31,154 bases of DNA from Actinomycetota bacterium (GCA_046047295.1 JBJOIE010000060.1:1-31154); one strand, 5' to 3'. Positions 8,741-18,929 are shown, counted from the first letter of the stretch. The notes: generated from the sequence alone by a model not told the origin. Numbers and translations are program-made.

Positions 8741-9139
8741 TCAGACGCGACGACGCTTGGGTGGACGAGTTCCGTTAAAGGGAACGGGGGTGACATCAGA
8801 GATCGAGCCCACTTCGAGACCAGTGGCCTGCAGTGAGCGGATCGCGGTCTCACGGCCGGAACCGGGACCCTTGACGAATACGTCAACGCGACGCATGCCG
8901 TGCTCCATCGCGCGACGTGCGGCTGCCTCGGCGGCGAGTTGAGCGGCGAAGGGAGTGGACTTGCGGCTGCCCTTGAAGCCCACCTGACCCGCTGAAGCCC
9001 AGGAGATCACCGCGCCCGTGGGATCGGTGATCGAAACGATTGTGTTGTTGAACGTGCTCTTGATGTGAGCTTGACCCACAGCCACGTTCTTCTTTTCCTT
9101 GCGGCGCACCTTCTTGGCGCCGGCACCCTTGGGAGGCAT
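8741..9139 (-). CDS. rpsK: 30S ribosomal protein S11
   Basis: [12 protein letters not shown]; [14 protein letters not shown]; [11 protein letters not shown]. Confidence 0.99.
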   Translation of the reverse strand: MPPKGAGAKKVRRKEKKNVAVGQAHIKSTFNNTIVSITDPTGAVISWASAGQVGFKGSRKSTPFAAQLAAEAAARRAMEHGMRRVDVFVKGPGSGRETAIRSLQATGLEVGSISDVTPVPFNGTRPPKRRRV

Positions 9140-9175
9140 ATGAATTCTCTTCCTTTAGCGAATGGTTAGTGGGGG

Positions 9176-9544
9176 CTACTTCTTCTTGCCAGCGACGGTC
9201 TTGCGCGGACCCTTGCGGGTACGGGCATTCGTGTGCGTGCGCTGACCACGGACGGGCAGACCCTTGCGGTGCCGGAGTCCTTGGTAGCAGCCAATCTCCA
9301 CCTTGCGACGAATATCTGCCGCAACCTCACGCCGCAGGTCGCCTTCGACCTTGAGGTTGGCGTCGATCCAATCGCGAAGGGCGAGCGCCTGATCATCAGT
9401 GAGATCTTTTGAGCGCATGTTCGGATCGATGCCGGTGGCTTCGAGTGCACGGGCGGCCTGTGAACGGCCCACTCCGTAGATGTAGGTAAGCGCAATTGCC
9501 ATGCGCTTTTCGCGTGGAAGATCCACGCCAATAATGCGTGCCAT
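9176..9544 (-). CDS. rpsM: 30S ribosomal protein S13
   Basis: [14 protein letters not shown]; [25 protein letters not shown]. Confidence 0.99.
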   Translation of the reverse strand: MARIIGVDLPREKRMAIALTYIYGVGRSQAARALEATGIDPNMRSKDLTDDQALALRDWIDANLKVEGDLRREVAADIRRKVEIGCYQGLRHRKGLPVRGQRTHTNARTRKGPRKTVAGKKK

Positions 9545-9568
9545 CAGGCGGTCTCTCTTCTATCTCAG

Positions 9569-9656
9569 CACGGGGTTTGTGGTGGAAACCCAATCCAGTC
9601 CGCCAAGACTGGTCCGTGGCCCCGTGGCCGCGGGTGTCGTCTGCAATTCCTTGCAG
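9569..9656 (-). promoter_or_regulatory. Structured rpsM (alpha operon) leader with candidate pseudoknot
   Basis: On the mRNA: hairpin CUGCAA-GGAA-UUGCAG; stem CCGCGGC/GCCACGG with loop CACGGG complementary to downstream CCCGUG; inner hairpin CCAGUC-UUGGCG-GACUGG. Confidence 0.45.
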
Positions 9657-9717
9657 GGTCGGGGTTTTCCGTGGATGGTGCGTCAGGTTGTCTCCCTGAT
9701 GCACCGCAGTGTCAGGA

Positions 9718-9831
9718 CTAGCCCTGGCGCTGCTTGTGCCGAACGTTCTCGCAGATCACCATGACCCGACCATGACGACGAATGACCTTGCACTTGTCGC
9801 AGATCGGCTTGACGCTCGGTTGCACCTTCAT
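9718..9831 (-). CDS. rpmJ: 50S ribosomal protein L36 (Zn-binding form); not in the ORF track
   Basis: Translated by hand: [37 protein letters not shown], 37 aa, ATG 9831, TAG 9718-9720. Confidence 0.97.
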   Translation of the reverse strand: MKVQPSVKPICDKCKVIRRHGRVMVICENVRHKQRQG

Positions 9832-9859
9832 GATGACTCTCTTGACTCGATTCGGCTGG

Positions 9860-10081
9860 TTACTTGTAGCGGTAGACGATGCGGCCGCGGGTGAGATCGT
9901 ATGGAGAGAGCTCCACCACTACCCGATCGTCAGGAAGGATTCGGATGTAGTGCATCCGCATCTTTCCACTGATATGTGCAAGGACTTGGTGCCCGTTATC
10001 GAGCTCCACGCGGAACATCGCATTGGGAAGCGACTCAGTGATCGTGCCCTCGAGCTCGATCGCTCCGTCTTTCTTTCCCAC
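9860..10081 (-). CDS. infA: Translation initiation factor IF-1
   Basis: [43 protein letters not shown]. Confidence 0.99.
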   Translation of the reverse strand: MGKKDGAIELEGTITESLPNAMFRVELDNGHQVLAHISGKMRMHYIRILPDDRVVVELSPYDLTRGRIVYRYK

Positions 10082-10187
10082 GAAATTCCTGTCCTCTCAC
10101 GTTCGAACCTTCCAGACACACGCCTGCCCAGACCCCTAAGGGCCCAGAACCTGCGGATGGACGGGGAAGCCCGATATCAGCCGTCGA

Positions 10188-10193
10188 AGTCTA
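10188..10193 (-). promoter_or_regulatory. Candidate -10 element (TAGACT) for infA-rpmJ
   Basis: GCGTAGACT on the minus strand about 107 nt upstream of infA; no convincing -35. Confidence 0.3.
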
Positions 10194-10226
10194 CGCCTTG
10201 CACCCTTGTGCACCTAATTCGGGTCC

Positions 10227-10360
10227 CCCGCCTCCGAACTGGCAGGTGTTGACGGTCGAACTGGCAGCTTTCAGGGGCCGAGATGGCACTCGGTGCCCTC
10301 TCGGCCCGTCAGAACTGCCAGTTCGAGCCCTGAAACCTGCCCAGTTCGGCTAGAGGCGGG
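10227..10360. repeat. Composite palindromic repeat (REP/MITE-like) made of 22-bp subunits
   Basis: Four near-identical copies of YCGAACTGGCAG (10234 and 10256 forward; 10315-10326 and 10337-10349 reverse) plus two degenerate CCGAGA-GGCAC copies around a 3-nt loop at 10290-10292. Confidence 0.85.
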
Positions 10361-11132
10361 TGCCTTCGAGTGAGGTAAGTACCCAGGGGCCTTCATCGGT
10401 GATGGCAACGGTGTGCTCCCAGTGGGAGGCGCAGGAATCATCATCGGTGACCACGGTCCACTCATCGGCAAGGACGCGTACCTGGGCCTTGCCCAGTGTT
10501 GCCATCGGTTCGATGGCTAGGGCCATCCCCACCTTGAGTTTCGGACCTTGACCCGGTTGACCGTAATTGGGAACCGGTGGGTGCATATGCATCTCGGTGC
10601 CGATGCCGTGACCCACGTACTCCTCGACGATTCCATAGTTACCGGCCGAGCGAATGACCTTTTCAATGGCGTGACCGATATCGGAGAGGTGGTTGCCCGC
10701 ACGTGCCATGTTCAGGCCCGCCCACATCGATTCCTCGGTTACCCGCGATAACTCAGCGACCTCGGGGGCAACTTCGCCAATCAGAATACTGATTGCGGCA
10801 TCACCGTGCCAGCCGTCAACGATTGCACCGCAATCAACGGAAAGCAGATCACCTTCCTTAAGCACTTCATCACCGGGGATGCCGTGCACCACAGCACTGT
10901 TGACTGACGTGCAGATGACCGCAGGGAATCCGTGGTAACCCAAAAAAGACGGTGTGGCACCACGTTCACTGATGCAATTGCGTGCAATCTGATCGAGATC
11001 GCGGGTGGCCATACCCGCTGCTGCCGTTTGCTTAATGGTGTTCAGTGTTTCAGCAACAACGAGACCAGCCACCCGCATCTTTTCGATTTGTTGCGGGGTC
11101 TTTATCTGGATGGAGTTTCCGCGACCAAACAT
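10350..11132 (-). CDS. map: Type I methionine aminopeptidase
   Basis: ICTSVNSAVVHGIP; DCGAIVDGWHGDAA; YVGHGIG..MH; AIEPM; HWEHTVAIT. Confidence 0.98.
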   Translation of the reverse strand: MFGRGNSIQIKTPQQIEKMRVAGLVVAETLNTIKQTAAAGMATRDLDQIARNCISERGATPSFLGYHGFPAVICTSVNSAVVHGIPGDEVLKEGDLLSVDCGAIVDGWHGDAAISILIGEVAPEVAELSRVTEESMWAGLNMARAGNHLSDIGHAIEKVIRSAGNYGIVEEYVGHGIGTEMHMHPPVPNYGQPGQGPKLKVGMALAIEPMATLGKAQVRVLADEWTVVTDDDSCASHWEHTVAITDEGPWVLTSLEGTRL

Positions 11133-11702
11133 TTAGGCACTCACGTTGAGAGCGGCAAGCACACGCGCACTGACATCTGGGATTCCACCCATGCCATCAA
11201 CTTGAACCAAGAGATCACGGGATGCGTAGAGCGCCAGGAGTGGTGCCGTTTGTTCGGCATACACCTCAAGGCGGCGGCGAATCACTGCTTCCGTATCGTC
11301 AGCGCGGCCTTGATCAGCAGCACGCTTCACCAGCCGGCTGACCACCTCATCTGTATCCACCGTGAGTTCAACAACGTGATCGAGGGCATGACCATCCGAG
11401 CGCAGCATCGCATCGAGTTCCGCAACCTGTTCCACCGTGCGCGGATAGCCGTCGAGGAGGAAACCTGGATTGCAGTCGGCATGGCTGAGGCGATCGCGCA
11501 CCATCGCATTGGTAACACCATCAGGAACGTATTCACCAGCATCCATGTATTTCTTGGCTTCAATACCAAGTGGGGTTCCCTCGGAAACATTGGCGCGGAA
11601 AATATCGCCGGTGGAGATGTGCGGGATACCGAGAAGATCAGCCACGACGGCGGCCTGAGTTCCCTTACCGGCACCGGGTGGGCCCATGAGCAATAAGCGC
11701 AT
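11133..11702 (-). CDS. adk: Adenylate kinase (short-LID form)
   Basis: P-loop GPPGAGKGTQA; HISTGDIFR; FLLDGYPRT; GRADD. Start moved to ATG 11702 (MRLLLMG). Confidence 0.98.
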   Translation of the reverse strand: MRLLLMGPPGAGKGTQAAVVADLLGIPHISTGDIFRANVSEGTPLGIEAKKYMDAGEYVPDGVTNAMVRDRLSHADCNPGFLLDGYPRTVEQVAELDAMLRSDGHALDHVVELTVDTDEVVSRLVKRAADQGRADDTEAVIRRRLEVYAEQTAPLLALYASRDLLVQVDGMGGIPDVSARVLAALNVSA

Positions 11703-11712
11703 CGCTCCCCCC

Positions 11713-13011
11713 TTAACCCAAGAATCCTTCATAGTTGCGCTGCTGCAACTGCGATTGGATCTGCTTGACGGTATCGAGACCCACGCCCACCAGGATTAGC
11801 AGGCTGGTGCCACCGAAGATGAAGTCCTGTGCAACCCCGAGGAATCCGAATGCAAATACCGGCAGGATCGCGATGAGGCCAAGGTAGAGCGAGCCCGGCG
11901 CGGTGAGCCTGGTGAGCACGTAGTCGAGGTACTCCGCCGTGGGCTTACCTGCGCGGATACCGGGGATGAAGCCGCCATATTTCTTCATATCGTCGGCTAC
12001 GTCAGTGGGGTTGAAGGTGATGGACACGTAGAAGTACGCGAAGAAGATGATCAGCACGAAATAGGTGAGCAGGTACCAGGTGCCCGTGCCCGTGCCGAAG
12101 TTCTGTTGCACCCACTGAGCCCAACCGGCCTGACTACCGGTGAGTTGCACCAGCAACGTAGGTAGGAAGAGAAGTGAAGAGGCGAAGATGACCGGGATAA
12201 CGCCGGCCATATTGACCTTCAGCGGGATGTAGGTGGAGGTTCCGCCATACATTCGCCGACCCACCATGCGCTTGGCGTACTGCACGGGGATACGGCGCTG
12301 GGCTTGCTCCACGAAGACCACAAAGGAGATGACCGCCAGGCCCACCAACAGGGTGATGGCGAAGGTGAAGGAACCGCGCGAGGAGAAGATTGTGGCGAAC
12401 TGTGCCGGGATGGTTGCGATGATGGAGGTGAAAATCAGTACGGACATGCCATTACCCACACCACGCTCGGTGATCAGCTCGCCGAACCACATAACCATTG
12501 CCGTGCCAGCGGTCATGACAATGATCATCACCAAGATGACCCACACGCCCTGGTTCGGGATGATCTGCTCATTACAACCACTGAAGAGGGCACCGGGGGT
12601 GCGCGCGAGGGAAAGGATCGCGGTGGACTGCAGGATGGCTAGACCAATAGTGACGTAGCGCGTGTATTGAGTGATCTTGGCCTGACCGGCCTGCCCATCC
12701 TTCTTGAGCATCTCCAGGCGTGGGATCACCACGGTGAGCAATTGCAGGATGATGCTCGCGGTGATGTAAGGCATGATGCCCAGGGCAAAGACGCTGAGTT
12801 GGAGCAAGGCTCCACCACTGAACAGGTTGATGAGTGCGTACACCGAGTTGTCTTGCACCACGTCGATACACCGCTGGATAGCGGCGTAATCAACACCCGG
12901 CGTGGGCAGTACGGCACCCAGCCGGTAGAGGGCAAGTAAGCCCAAGGTGAAGAAGATCTTCTTGCGAAGATCTGGGGTCCGAAGGGCGGCTCCGAACGCA
13001 CTAATGTGCAC
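11713..13011 (-). CDS. secY: Preprotein translocase subunit SecY
   Basis: SVFALGIMPYITASIILQLL; GVGNGMSVLIF; IPLKVNMAGVIPVIFA; FGGTSLLILVGV. Confidence 0.99.
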   Translation of the reverse strand: MHISAFGAALRTPDLRKKIFFTLGLLALYRLGAVLPTPGVDYAAIQRCIDVVQDNSVYALINLFSGGALLQLSVFALGIMPYITASIILQLLTVVIPRLEMLKKDGQAGQAKITQYTRYVTIGLAILQSTAILSLARTPGALFSGCNEQIIPNQGVWVILVMIIVMTAGTAMVMWFGELITERGVGNGMSVLIFTSIIATIPAQFATIFSSRGSFTFAITLLVGLAVISFVVFVEQAQRRIPVQYAKRMVGRRMYGGTSTYIPLKVNMAGVIPVIFASSLLFLPTLLVQLTGSQAGWAQWVQQNFGTGTGTWYLLTYFVLIIFFAYFYVSITFNPTDVADDMKKYGGFIPGIRAGKPTAEYLDYVLTRLTAPGSLYLGLIAILPVFAFGFLGVAQDFIFGGTSLLILVGVGLDTVKQIQSQLQQRNYEGFLG

Positions 13012-13023
13012 TGTGCCTCCCGC

Positions 13024-13464
13024 TTAGAGTTCGGTTACGGATCCGCCTGCAGCGACGATCTTGTCACGGGCCGCACCCGAGAACTTATCCGCGGTCACCG
13101 TAACGGCAACCGAGATATCGCCCTGACCGAGAACCTTGACCGGCTCGCCCTTACGTACGGCACCCTTGGCCACGAGATCGGCAACGGTGACGTTGCCACC
13201 CTTCGGGAAGAGCTTCTCCAGCGTGGCCACGTTGACCACCTGGAAGACCTCTTTATTAGGGCTCTTGAATCCCTTGAGCTTGGGTAGACGCATATGCAGG
13301 GGCATCTGGCCACCCTCGAAGCGCGCCGGCACCTGGTAACGGGCCTTGGTTCCCTTGGTGCCACGGCCAGCGGTCTTGCCTTTGGAGGCTTCGCCACGGC
13401 CCTTGCGGGTCTTGGGGGTCTTGGCACCCGGAGCTGGGCGCAGGTGATGTGCCTTGAGCGCCAT
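13024..13464 (-). CDS. rplO: 50S ribosomal protein L15
   Basis: HLRPAPGA; [17 protein letters not shown]; [14 protein letters not shown]. Start ATG 13464. Confidence 0.98.
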   Translation of the reverse strand: MALKAHHLRPAPGAKTPKTRKGRGEASKGKTAGRGTKGTKARYQVPARFEGGQMPLHMRLPKLKGFKSPNKEVFQVVNVATLEKLFPKGGNVTVADLVAKGAVRKGEPVKVLGQGDISVAVTVTADKFSGAARDKIVAAGGSVTEL

Positions 13465-13465
13465 G

Positions 13466-13651
13466 TCAGTCAACCTCCTCGACAGCAACCAGGTGCGAAA
13501 CGGTGTTCACCATGCCGCGAATCTCTGGCCGATCTTCCTTCACAACCACATCGCCGATGCGCTTGAGACCCAGCGAGCGCAAGGTGTTGCGCTGCGAGCT
13601 CGTGCCACCGATCTCAGACTTCTTCTGCGTGACCTTCAAGCGCGCCATCAT
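13466..13651 (-). CDS. rpmD: 50S ribosomal protein L30
   Basis: [11 protein letters not shown]...[11 protein letters not shown]...IRGMV. Start 13651 or 13648. Confidence 0.97.
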   Translation of the reverse strand: MMARLKVTQKKSEIGGTSSQRNTLRSLGLKRIGDVVVKEDRPEIRGMVNTVSHLVAVEEVD

Positions 13652-14238
13652 GCACCTGCCGCAGCCCGTGCCCGCAGCATTGCAGCAGGGGCAACATCTT
13701 CAAGTGGAAGACCACGACGAGCAGCAACGGCCTCTGGCTGCTCAAGCAACTTGAGTGCAGCAACTGTGGCGTGAACGATGTTGATGGCGTTGTCTGAGCC
13801 CATGGACTTGGACAAAACATCATGGATACCGGCGCATTCCAACACGGCGCGCACCGGACCACCGGCGATAACACCGGTACCGGGGGCTGCCGGACGCAGG
13901 AGCACCACACCGGCTGCGGCTTCACCTACAACCGGATGAGGGATGGTGCCCTGAATGCGGGGAACCTTGAAGAAGTGCTTCTTAGCTTCTTCTACACCCT
14001 TGGCGATGGCCGCGGGAACTTCCTTGGCCTTGCCATAGCCCACACCAACATTGCCGTCTCCATCACCAACAACAACAAGTGCGGTGAAGCTGAAGCGGCG
14101 GCCACCCTTGACCACCTTGGCTACGCGGTTGATCGTGACGACGCGCTCAATAAACGCCGACTTCTCCTCGCGGGGGGCGCGATCCTTGCGCTCCTTGCGG
14201 TCTCCCGCACCGCCACCGCGGCGCGTGGTTGCTGACAT
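13648..14238 (-). CDS. rpsE: 30S ribosomal protein S5
   Basis: [25 protein letters not shown]; [12 protein letters not shown]. Confidence 0.99.
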   Translation of the reverse strand: MSATTRRGGGAGDRKERKDRAPREEKSAFIERVVTINRVAKVVKGGRRFSFTALVVVGDGDGNVGVGYGKAKEVPAAIAKGVEEAKKHFFKVPRIQGTIPHPVVGEAAAGVVLLRPAAPGTGVIAGGPVRAVLECAGIHDVLSKSMGSDNAINIVHATVAALKLLEQPEAVAARRGLPLEDVAPAAMLRARAAAGA

Positions 14239-14267
14239 GGATTTCCTCTTTTCCGTCTGCGTTGTAA

Positions 14268-14651
14268 TTAGAAGTCGAGTCCGGCTTCGCGTGCACCCTC
14301 AGCAAGGGCAGCTACACGACCATGGAACTTATTGCCACCGCGATCGAAGACCACTGCGGATACCCCAGCAGACTTCGCGCGCTCGGCAACGAGCTGGCCC
14401 ACCTTGCGAGCCTTGGCGGTCTTATCGTCTTTGGCGCCCCGGAGATCAACTTCCATGGTGGAAGCCGAAGCCACGGTACGGCCTTCGGTGTCGTCGACAA
14501 CCTGAGCCACCATGTGACGGGCAGAACGGGTGACAACCAAGCGTGGCCGCTCGGCCGTGCCGGCAACCTTCTTGCGCACCCGGACGTGCCGGCGCTTGCG
14601 GCCAACGGCAATCTTGTTGCCGGAGCCGAGTTCGGTTCCGTAGGCGGTCAT
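14268..14651 (-). CDS. rplR: 50S ribosomal protein L18
   Basis: [12 protein letters not shown]; [26 protein letters not shown]. Confidence 0.98.
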   Translation of the reverse strand: MTAYGTELGSGNKIAVGRKRRHVRVRKKVAGTAERPRLVVTRSARHMVAQVVDDTEGRTVASASTMEVDLRGAKDDKTAKARKVGQLVAERAKSAGVSAVVFDRGGNKFHGRVAALAEGAREAGLDF

Positions 14652-14653
14652 GG

Positions 14654-15190
14654 CTACTTACCTGCCTTTCCGGCCTTGCGGCGAACAACTTCGCCTTCGT
14701 AACGCACGCCCTTGCCCTTATAAGGCTCAGGCTTACGAATCTTGCGGATGTTGGCTGCAACTTCGCCAACCTTTTGCTTGTCGATACCGACAACCTTGAA
14801 CTTGGTTGGGCTTTCCACGGCAAAGCTGATGCCTTCAGGGGCAGTAACAACTACCGGGTGGCTAAAGCCGAGGCTGAACTCGAGATCGGTGCCCTTGGCC
14901 GCAACGCGGTAGCCGGTGCCCACGATCTCAAGACCCTTCTCGTAACCCGTGGTCACGCCCGTGACCATGTTGGACACGAGGGTTCGGGTTAGACCGTGAC
15001 GCGCCTTGGCATCACGCTCATCATTGGGGCGAGTGACCACGATGGCATCCGCCTCAACGCTTACCTCAATGGGCTCGGCGATGGTCATGCTCAAAGTGCC
15101 CTTGGGGCCGGTGACGGTGATATCGCGGCCATCGAGATTGACCGATACACCGGAAGGAACCGCGATGGGCATACGTCCAATACGTGACAT
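14654..15190 (-). CDS. rplF: 50S ribosomal protein L6
   Basis: MSRIGRMPI; [13 protein letters not shown]. Confidence 0.99.
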   Translation of the reverse strand: MSRIGRMPIAVPSGVSVNLDGRDITVTGPKGTLSMTIAEPIEVSVEADAIVVTRPNDERDAKARHGLTRTLVSNMVTGVTTGYEKGLEIVGTGYRVAAKGTDLEFSLGFSHPVVVTAPEGISFAVESPTKFKVVGIDKQKVGEVAANIRKIRKPEPYKGKGVRYEGEVVRRKAGKAGK

Positions 15191-15203
15191 GGTGGCTCCT
15201 CCC

Positions 15204-15602
15204 CTACCAGACGTAGGCGAGGACTTCCCCGCCTACACCCTTCTGCTGAGCCTGACGGTCGGTGAGCAGACCGGAGGACGTGGACAGGATCGCGATACCG
15301 AGTCCGCCGAGTACACGCGGTAGCGACGTGCTCTTCGCGTAGACGCGGAGCCCTGGCTTGGATACCCGGCGCAATCCGGCGATGGAGCGTTCGCGGGTCG
15401 GGCCGTACTTCAACTGGAGGGTAAGCGTCTTGCCTACCTCAGCATCAGCTACCTCGTAACCAGCGATGTAACCCTCGGACTTCAAGATCTCCGCGATGTT
15501 CGCCTTGATCTTGGAGTGGGGCATCGCCACGGAATCGTGGTACGCCGAGTTTGCATTGCGCAGACGGGCGAGCATGTCCGCGATGGGATCGGTCATTGTC
15601 AT
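15204..15602 (-). CDS. rpsH: 30S ribosomal protein S8
   Basis: [14 protein letters not shown]; [10 protein letters not shown]; [11 protein letters not shown]...[11 protein letters not shown]. Confidence 0.99.
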   Translation of the reverse strand: MTMTDPIADMLARLRNANSAYHDSVAMPHSKIKANIAEILKSEGYIAGYEVADAEVGKTLTLQLKYGPTRERSIAGLRRVSKPGLRVYAKSTSLPRVLGGLGIAILSTSSGLLTDRQAQQKGVGGEVLAYVW

Positions 15603-15619
15603 GGCCTCGAGGCCTTCCT

Positions 15620-15661
15620 CGCCGTGGTATCCGTCAGAGATGTTCTGCTGGACCTGCGGCG
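15620..15661 (-). promoter_or_regulatory. S8-binding-site mimic (candidate autogenous operator) upstream of rpsH
   Basis: mRNA arms CGCCGC-A-GGUCC / GGA-UA-CC-A-CGGCG reproduce the 16S rRNA helix 21 core (A595 bulge, G597-C643, U598-A640, bulged U641/A642). The SD follows immediately. Confidence 0.65.
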
Positions 15662-15668
15662 CCTTGAA

Positions 15669-15854
15669 TTACCAGCTGCTTTTGGTTACTCCGGGTAGTT
15701 CACCTGCGTGCGCCATTTCCCGGACGCACACGCGGCACAACCCAAACTTGCGGTACACCGAGTGCGGGCGACCACACTTGGTGCAACGGGTGTAAGCGCG
15801 GACCTTGAACTTCGGGGTCTTGCGCTGCTTCTGGATCAGAGCCTTCTTAGCCAC
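15669..15854 (-). CDS. rpsZ: 30S ribosomal protein S14, short Zn-binding type Z
   Basis: 61 aa; [20 protein letters not shown]. Confidence 0.98.
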   Translation of the reverse strand: MAKKALIQKQRKTPKFKVRAYTRCTKCGRPHSVYRKFGLCRVCVREMAHAGELPGVTKSSW

Positions 15855-15856
15855 GA

Positions 15857-16414
15857 TCAGGCCTCCTTGAACGGGAATCCGAGGAGACGCAGCAGTGCAC
15901 GGCCCTCATCGTCGGTCTTTGCGGTAGTGACCACGGTGATGTCCATACCGCGGGCGCGATCAATCTTGTCTTGATCGATCTCGTGGAACACCGACTGCTC
16001 GGTCAAGCCGAAGGTGTAGTTGCCATGGCCATCGAACTGCTTGGGCGAAAGGCCACGGAAATCGCGAATGCGCGGCAGGGACACCGAAAGCAGGCGATCA
16101 AGGAACTCCCACATGCGATCGCCGCGCAGAGTGACGTGGGCGCCGATCGGTTGACCCTCGCGCAGTTTGAACTGGGCGATGGACTTGCGTGCCTTGGTGA
16201 CCTGCGGCTTCTGGCCGGTGATCTCGGTGAGATCACGGATGGCGCCTTCAATCAACTTGGAATCACGTGCAGCTTCACCCACACCCATGTTCACCACGAT
16301 CTTGGTGAGGGTGGGCACCTGCATCACGTTGGCGAAGTCAAATTCGCTACGCAGCGCAGGAACGATCTCCTCGCGATAGCGCGCCTTCATGCGCGGCATG
16401 GTTGCGGTGGTCAT
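15857..16414 (-). CDS. rplE: 50S ribosomal protein L5
   Basis: [11 protein letters not shown]; [11 protein letters not shown]; [10 protein letters not shown]. Start ATG 16414 or GTG 16417. Confidence 0.99.
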   Translation of the reverse strand: MTTATMPRMKARYREEIVPALRSEFDFANVMQVPTLTKIVVNMGVGEAARDSKLIEGAIRDLTEITGQKPQVTKARKSIAQFKLREGQPIGAHVTLRGDRMWEFLDRLLSVSLPRIRDFRGLSPKQFDGHGNYTFGLTEQSVFHEIDQDKIDRARGMDITVVTTAKTDDEGRALLRLLGFPFKEA

Positions 16415-16416
16415 CA

Positions 16417-16776
16417 CTAGATGTCCTTCCCAGTACGGCGTGAAATGCGCACGCTGCGCTCGGCTTCGTAGGTGGAGCCGTCTGGACGACGCTTCTCCAC
16501 CTTCTCCTTGCGGTATCCGATGCGGGTGGGGCGATTGTCTTCTGGATCAACGATCATCACGTTGGACACGTGAATCGGTGCTTCCATCGTGACGATGCCA
16601 CCGGTCTTGGCGCCACGTGCATTTTGACCAACGCGGGTGTGCTTCTTGATGCGGTTCACACCCTCAACGATGATGCGATCGCTATCCGGGTACACCTCGA
16701 TGACCTTGCCGGTCACTCCGCGATCCTTGCCAGAAATGACCTGGACGAGGTCACCCTTGCGAATGTTGAGCGCCAT
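16417..16776 (-). CDS. rplX: 50S ribosomal protein L24
   Basis: [16 protein letters not shown]; EGVNRIKKH; EAPIHVSNV. Carries a C-terminal insert. Confidence 0.98.
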   Translation of the reverse strand: MALNIRKGDLVQVISGKDRGVTGKVIEVYPDSDRIIVEGVNRIKKHTRVGQNARGAKTGGIVTMEAPIHVSNVMIVDPEDNRPTRIGYRKEKVEKRRPDGSTYEAERSVRISRRTGKDI

Positions 16777-16778
16777 GA

Positions 16779-17147
16779 TTACAACACCTCCGGTGCGAGC
16801 GAGATGATCTTCATGAACTTCTTCTCACGCAATTCGCGGCCAACTGGGCCGAAGATGCGAGTTCCGCGGGGTTCACCATCAGTCTTGAGGATGACGGCTG
16901 CGTTCTCATCGAAGCGGATGTAGGAACCATCGGCACGACGGCGCTCCTTGCGGGTGCGCACAATCACGGCCTTGACCACATCGCCCTTCTTCACGCCACC
17001 ACCGGGGATGGCGTCTTTGACGGTGGCGACGATGATGTCGCCGATGCCGGCGTAGCGGCGCCCCGAGCCTCCGAGGACCCGGATGCACAGCAGCTCCTTC
17101 GCGCCGGTGTTATCGGCAACGCGAAGCCTGGACTCTTGCTGAATCAC
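16779..17147 (-). CDS. rplN: 50S ribosomal protein L14
   Basis: [16 protein letters not shown]; IRFDENAAV; [13 protein letters not shown]. Start GTG 17147. Confidence 0.99.
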   Translation of the reverse strand: MIQQESRLRVADNTGAKELLCIRVLGGSGRRYAGIGDIIVATVKDAIPGGGVKKGDVVKAVIVRTRKERRRADGSYIRFDENAAVILKTDGEPRGTRIFGPVGRELREKKFMKIISLAPEVL

Positions 17148-17163
17148 TGCAGTCTCCTGATCC

Positions 17164-17436
17164 TTACTTGGCCTTCTCGAGGATTTCCACAACGCGCCAG
17201 CGCTTGGTGGCTGACAGCGGGCGGGTCTCCATCACGAGCACGCGATCGCCCACACCGGCGGTGTTGGCCTCATCATGTGCCTTGAGCTTGCTGGTGCGAC
17301 GCACCACCTTGCCGTAGAGCGGGTGCTTGAAGCGGTCTTCCACCGCTACCACCACGGTCTTGTCCATCTTGTCAGAAACTACGAGGCCCTCACGAACCTT
17401 GCGGTTTCCACGGTCACTTTGCGTTGCCGTGCTCAT
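17164..17436 (-). CDS. rpsQ: 30S ribosomal protein S17
   Basis: [14 protein letters not shown]; HPLYGK; [11 protein letters not shown]. Confidence 0.99.
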   Translation of the reverse strand: MSTATQSDRGNRKVREGLVVSDKMDKTVVVAVEDRFKHPLYGKVVRRTSKLKAHDEANTAGVGDRVLVMETRPLSATKRWRVVEILEKAK

Positions 17437-17669
17437 GCTGCACCCTCACCCTCGGCGATGGGCGTGATACCCAATTCGCGCTCACGCAGGATCGTGTAGA
17501 TCCGCGCAATGTCCTTGCGGACGGCGCGTAGCCGTCCGTGGTTCTCCAACTGGCCAGTGGCGCCCTGGAAGCGAAGGTTGAACAGTTCTTCCTTCGCTTC
17601 GCGCAACTTGGTGGTGAGTTCCGCATCATCAAGGTTACGGAGTTCACCTGCAGTGGTGCCGGTTGCCAT
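17433..17669 (-). CDS. rpmC: 50S ribosomal protein L29
   Basis: [31 protein letters not shown]. Confidence 0.98.
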   Translation of the reverse strand: MATGTTAGELRNLDDAELTTKLREAKEELFNLRFQGATGQLENHGRLRAVRKDIARIYTILRERELGITPIAEGEGAA

Positions 17670-18091
17670 TAGCTTTCACCTGCCTCATCGCGCCGCACGA
17701 TGCGGCACTTCATGGGGAGCTTGTGCATTGCACGAGTAAGTGCAGCGTGCGCAATCTTCTCGTCTGGATAGGAGAGTTCGAACATCACGCGACCAGGCTT
17801 GACGTTGGCCACCCACCATTCGGGGGAACCCTTACCTGAACCCATGCGGGTTTCCGCTGGCTTCTTGGTCAACGGCCGATCCGGATAGATGTTGATCCAC
17901 ACCTTGCCACCACGGCGAATGTGCCGGGTGATGGCGATACGCGCGGATTCAATCTGCCGGTTGGTGACGTATGCGGGCTCAAGAGCCTGCAGTCCGTAGG
18001 TACCGAAGGTCACCTGGGTACCACCCTTGGCCACGCCACGGCGTGTGGGGTGATGCTGCTTGCGGTGCTTGACCCTGCGGGGAATCAGCAT
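17669..18091 (-). CDS. rplP: 50S ribosomal protein L16
   Basis: [13 protein letters not shown]; [16 protein letters not shown]. Confidence 0.99.
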   Translation of the reverse strand: MLIPRRVKHRKQHHPTRRGVAKGGTQVTFGTYGLQALEPAYVTNRQIESARIAITRHIRRGGKVWINIYPDRPLTKKPAETRMGSGKGSPEWWVANVKPGRVMFELSYPDEKIAHAALTRAMHKLPMKCRIVRRDEAGES

Positions 18092-18093
18092 GA

Positions 18094-18927
18094 TCAGGCC
18101 TCCGTTCCTGCTGGCTGTGCGGCTGCATCTGCAGCAGCCATTTCTGAGTTTGCTTCGAGCACGGTCTCGGCTGCGTTGGCCTCAGCGGCGAGTTCAGCGT
18201 TGTCATCACGTGCGCGGCGCGGACGATCAGGACGCTTCGGCGCATTCAGGCGGGCCTGGGCTGCTGCGGCTTCACGCTCGGCGCGAGTGGCCAATGCCTC
18301 ACCCTTATAGATCCATACCTTCACGCCGATTCGACCGAAGGTGGTACGTGCCTCATAGAAGCCGTAGTCGATATCGGCACGCAGCGTATGCAAGGGAACA
18401 CGACCCTCGCGGTAGAACTCGGTGCGACTCATTTCCGCACCACCGAGGCGGCCGGAAACCTGAACCCGGATGCCCTTGGCTCCGGCCTTCATGGCGCTCT
18501 GCATGCCCTTGCGCATTGCGCGACGGAAGGACACGCGGCTCGAGAGCTGCTCAGCGATGCCTTGAGCAACAAGCTGTGCCTCGATCTCGGGGTTCTTGAC
18601 CTCGAGGATGTTGAGCTGCACCTGCTTGCCGGTGAGCTTTTCCAGATCACCGCGGATGCGGTCAGCCTCAGCGCCACGGCGACCGATCACGATGCCGGGA
18701 CGTGCGGTGTGAATATCAACGCGAACACGATCACGCGTGCGCTCAATCTCAACCTTGGCAATGCCGGCGCGCTCCATGCCATCGGTGAGCAGGCGGCGGA
18801 TCTTGACGTCTTCCTCAACGTAATCGCGATAGCGCTGACCTGACTTGGTGCTATCGGCAAACCACCGTGAGGTGAAATCCGTTGTGACACCCAGGCGGAA
18901 GCCATGCGGGTTAACTTTTTGACCCAC
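18094..18927 (-). CDS. rpsC: 30S ribosomal protein S3
   Basis: [13 protein letters not shown]; [10 protein letters not shown]; [15 protein letters not shown]. Confidence 0.99.
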   Translation of the reverse strand: MGQKVNPHGFRLGVTTDFTSRWFADSTKSGQRYRDYVEEDVKIRRLLTDGMERAGIAKVEIERTRDRVRVDIHTARPGIVIGRRGAEADRIRGDLEKLTGKQVQLNILEVKNPEIEAQLVAQGIAEQLSSRVSFRRAMRKGMQSAMKAGAKGIRVQVSGRLGGAEMSRTEFYREGRVPLHTLRADIDYGFYEARTTFGRIGVKVWIYKGEALATRAEREAAAAQARLNAPKRPDRPRRARDDNAELAAEANAAETVLEANSEMAAADAAAQPAGTEA

Positions 18928-18929
18928 GA

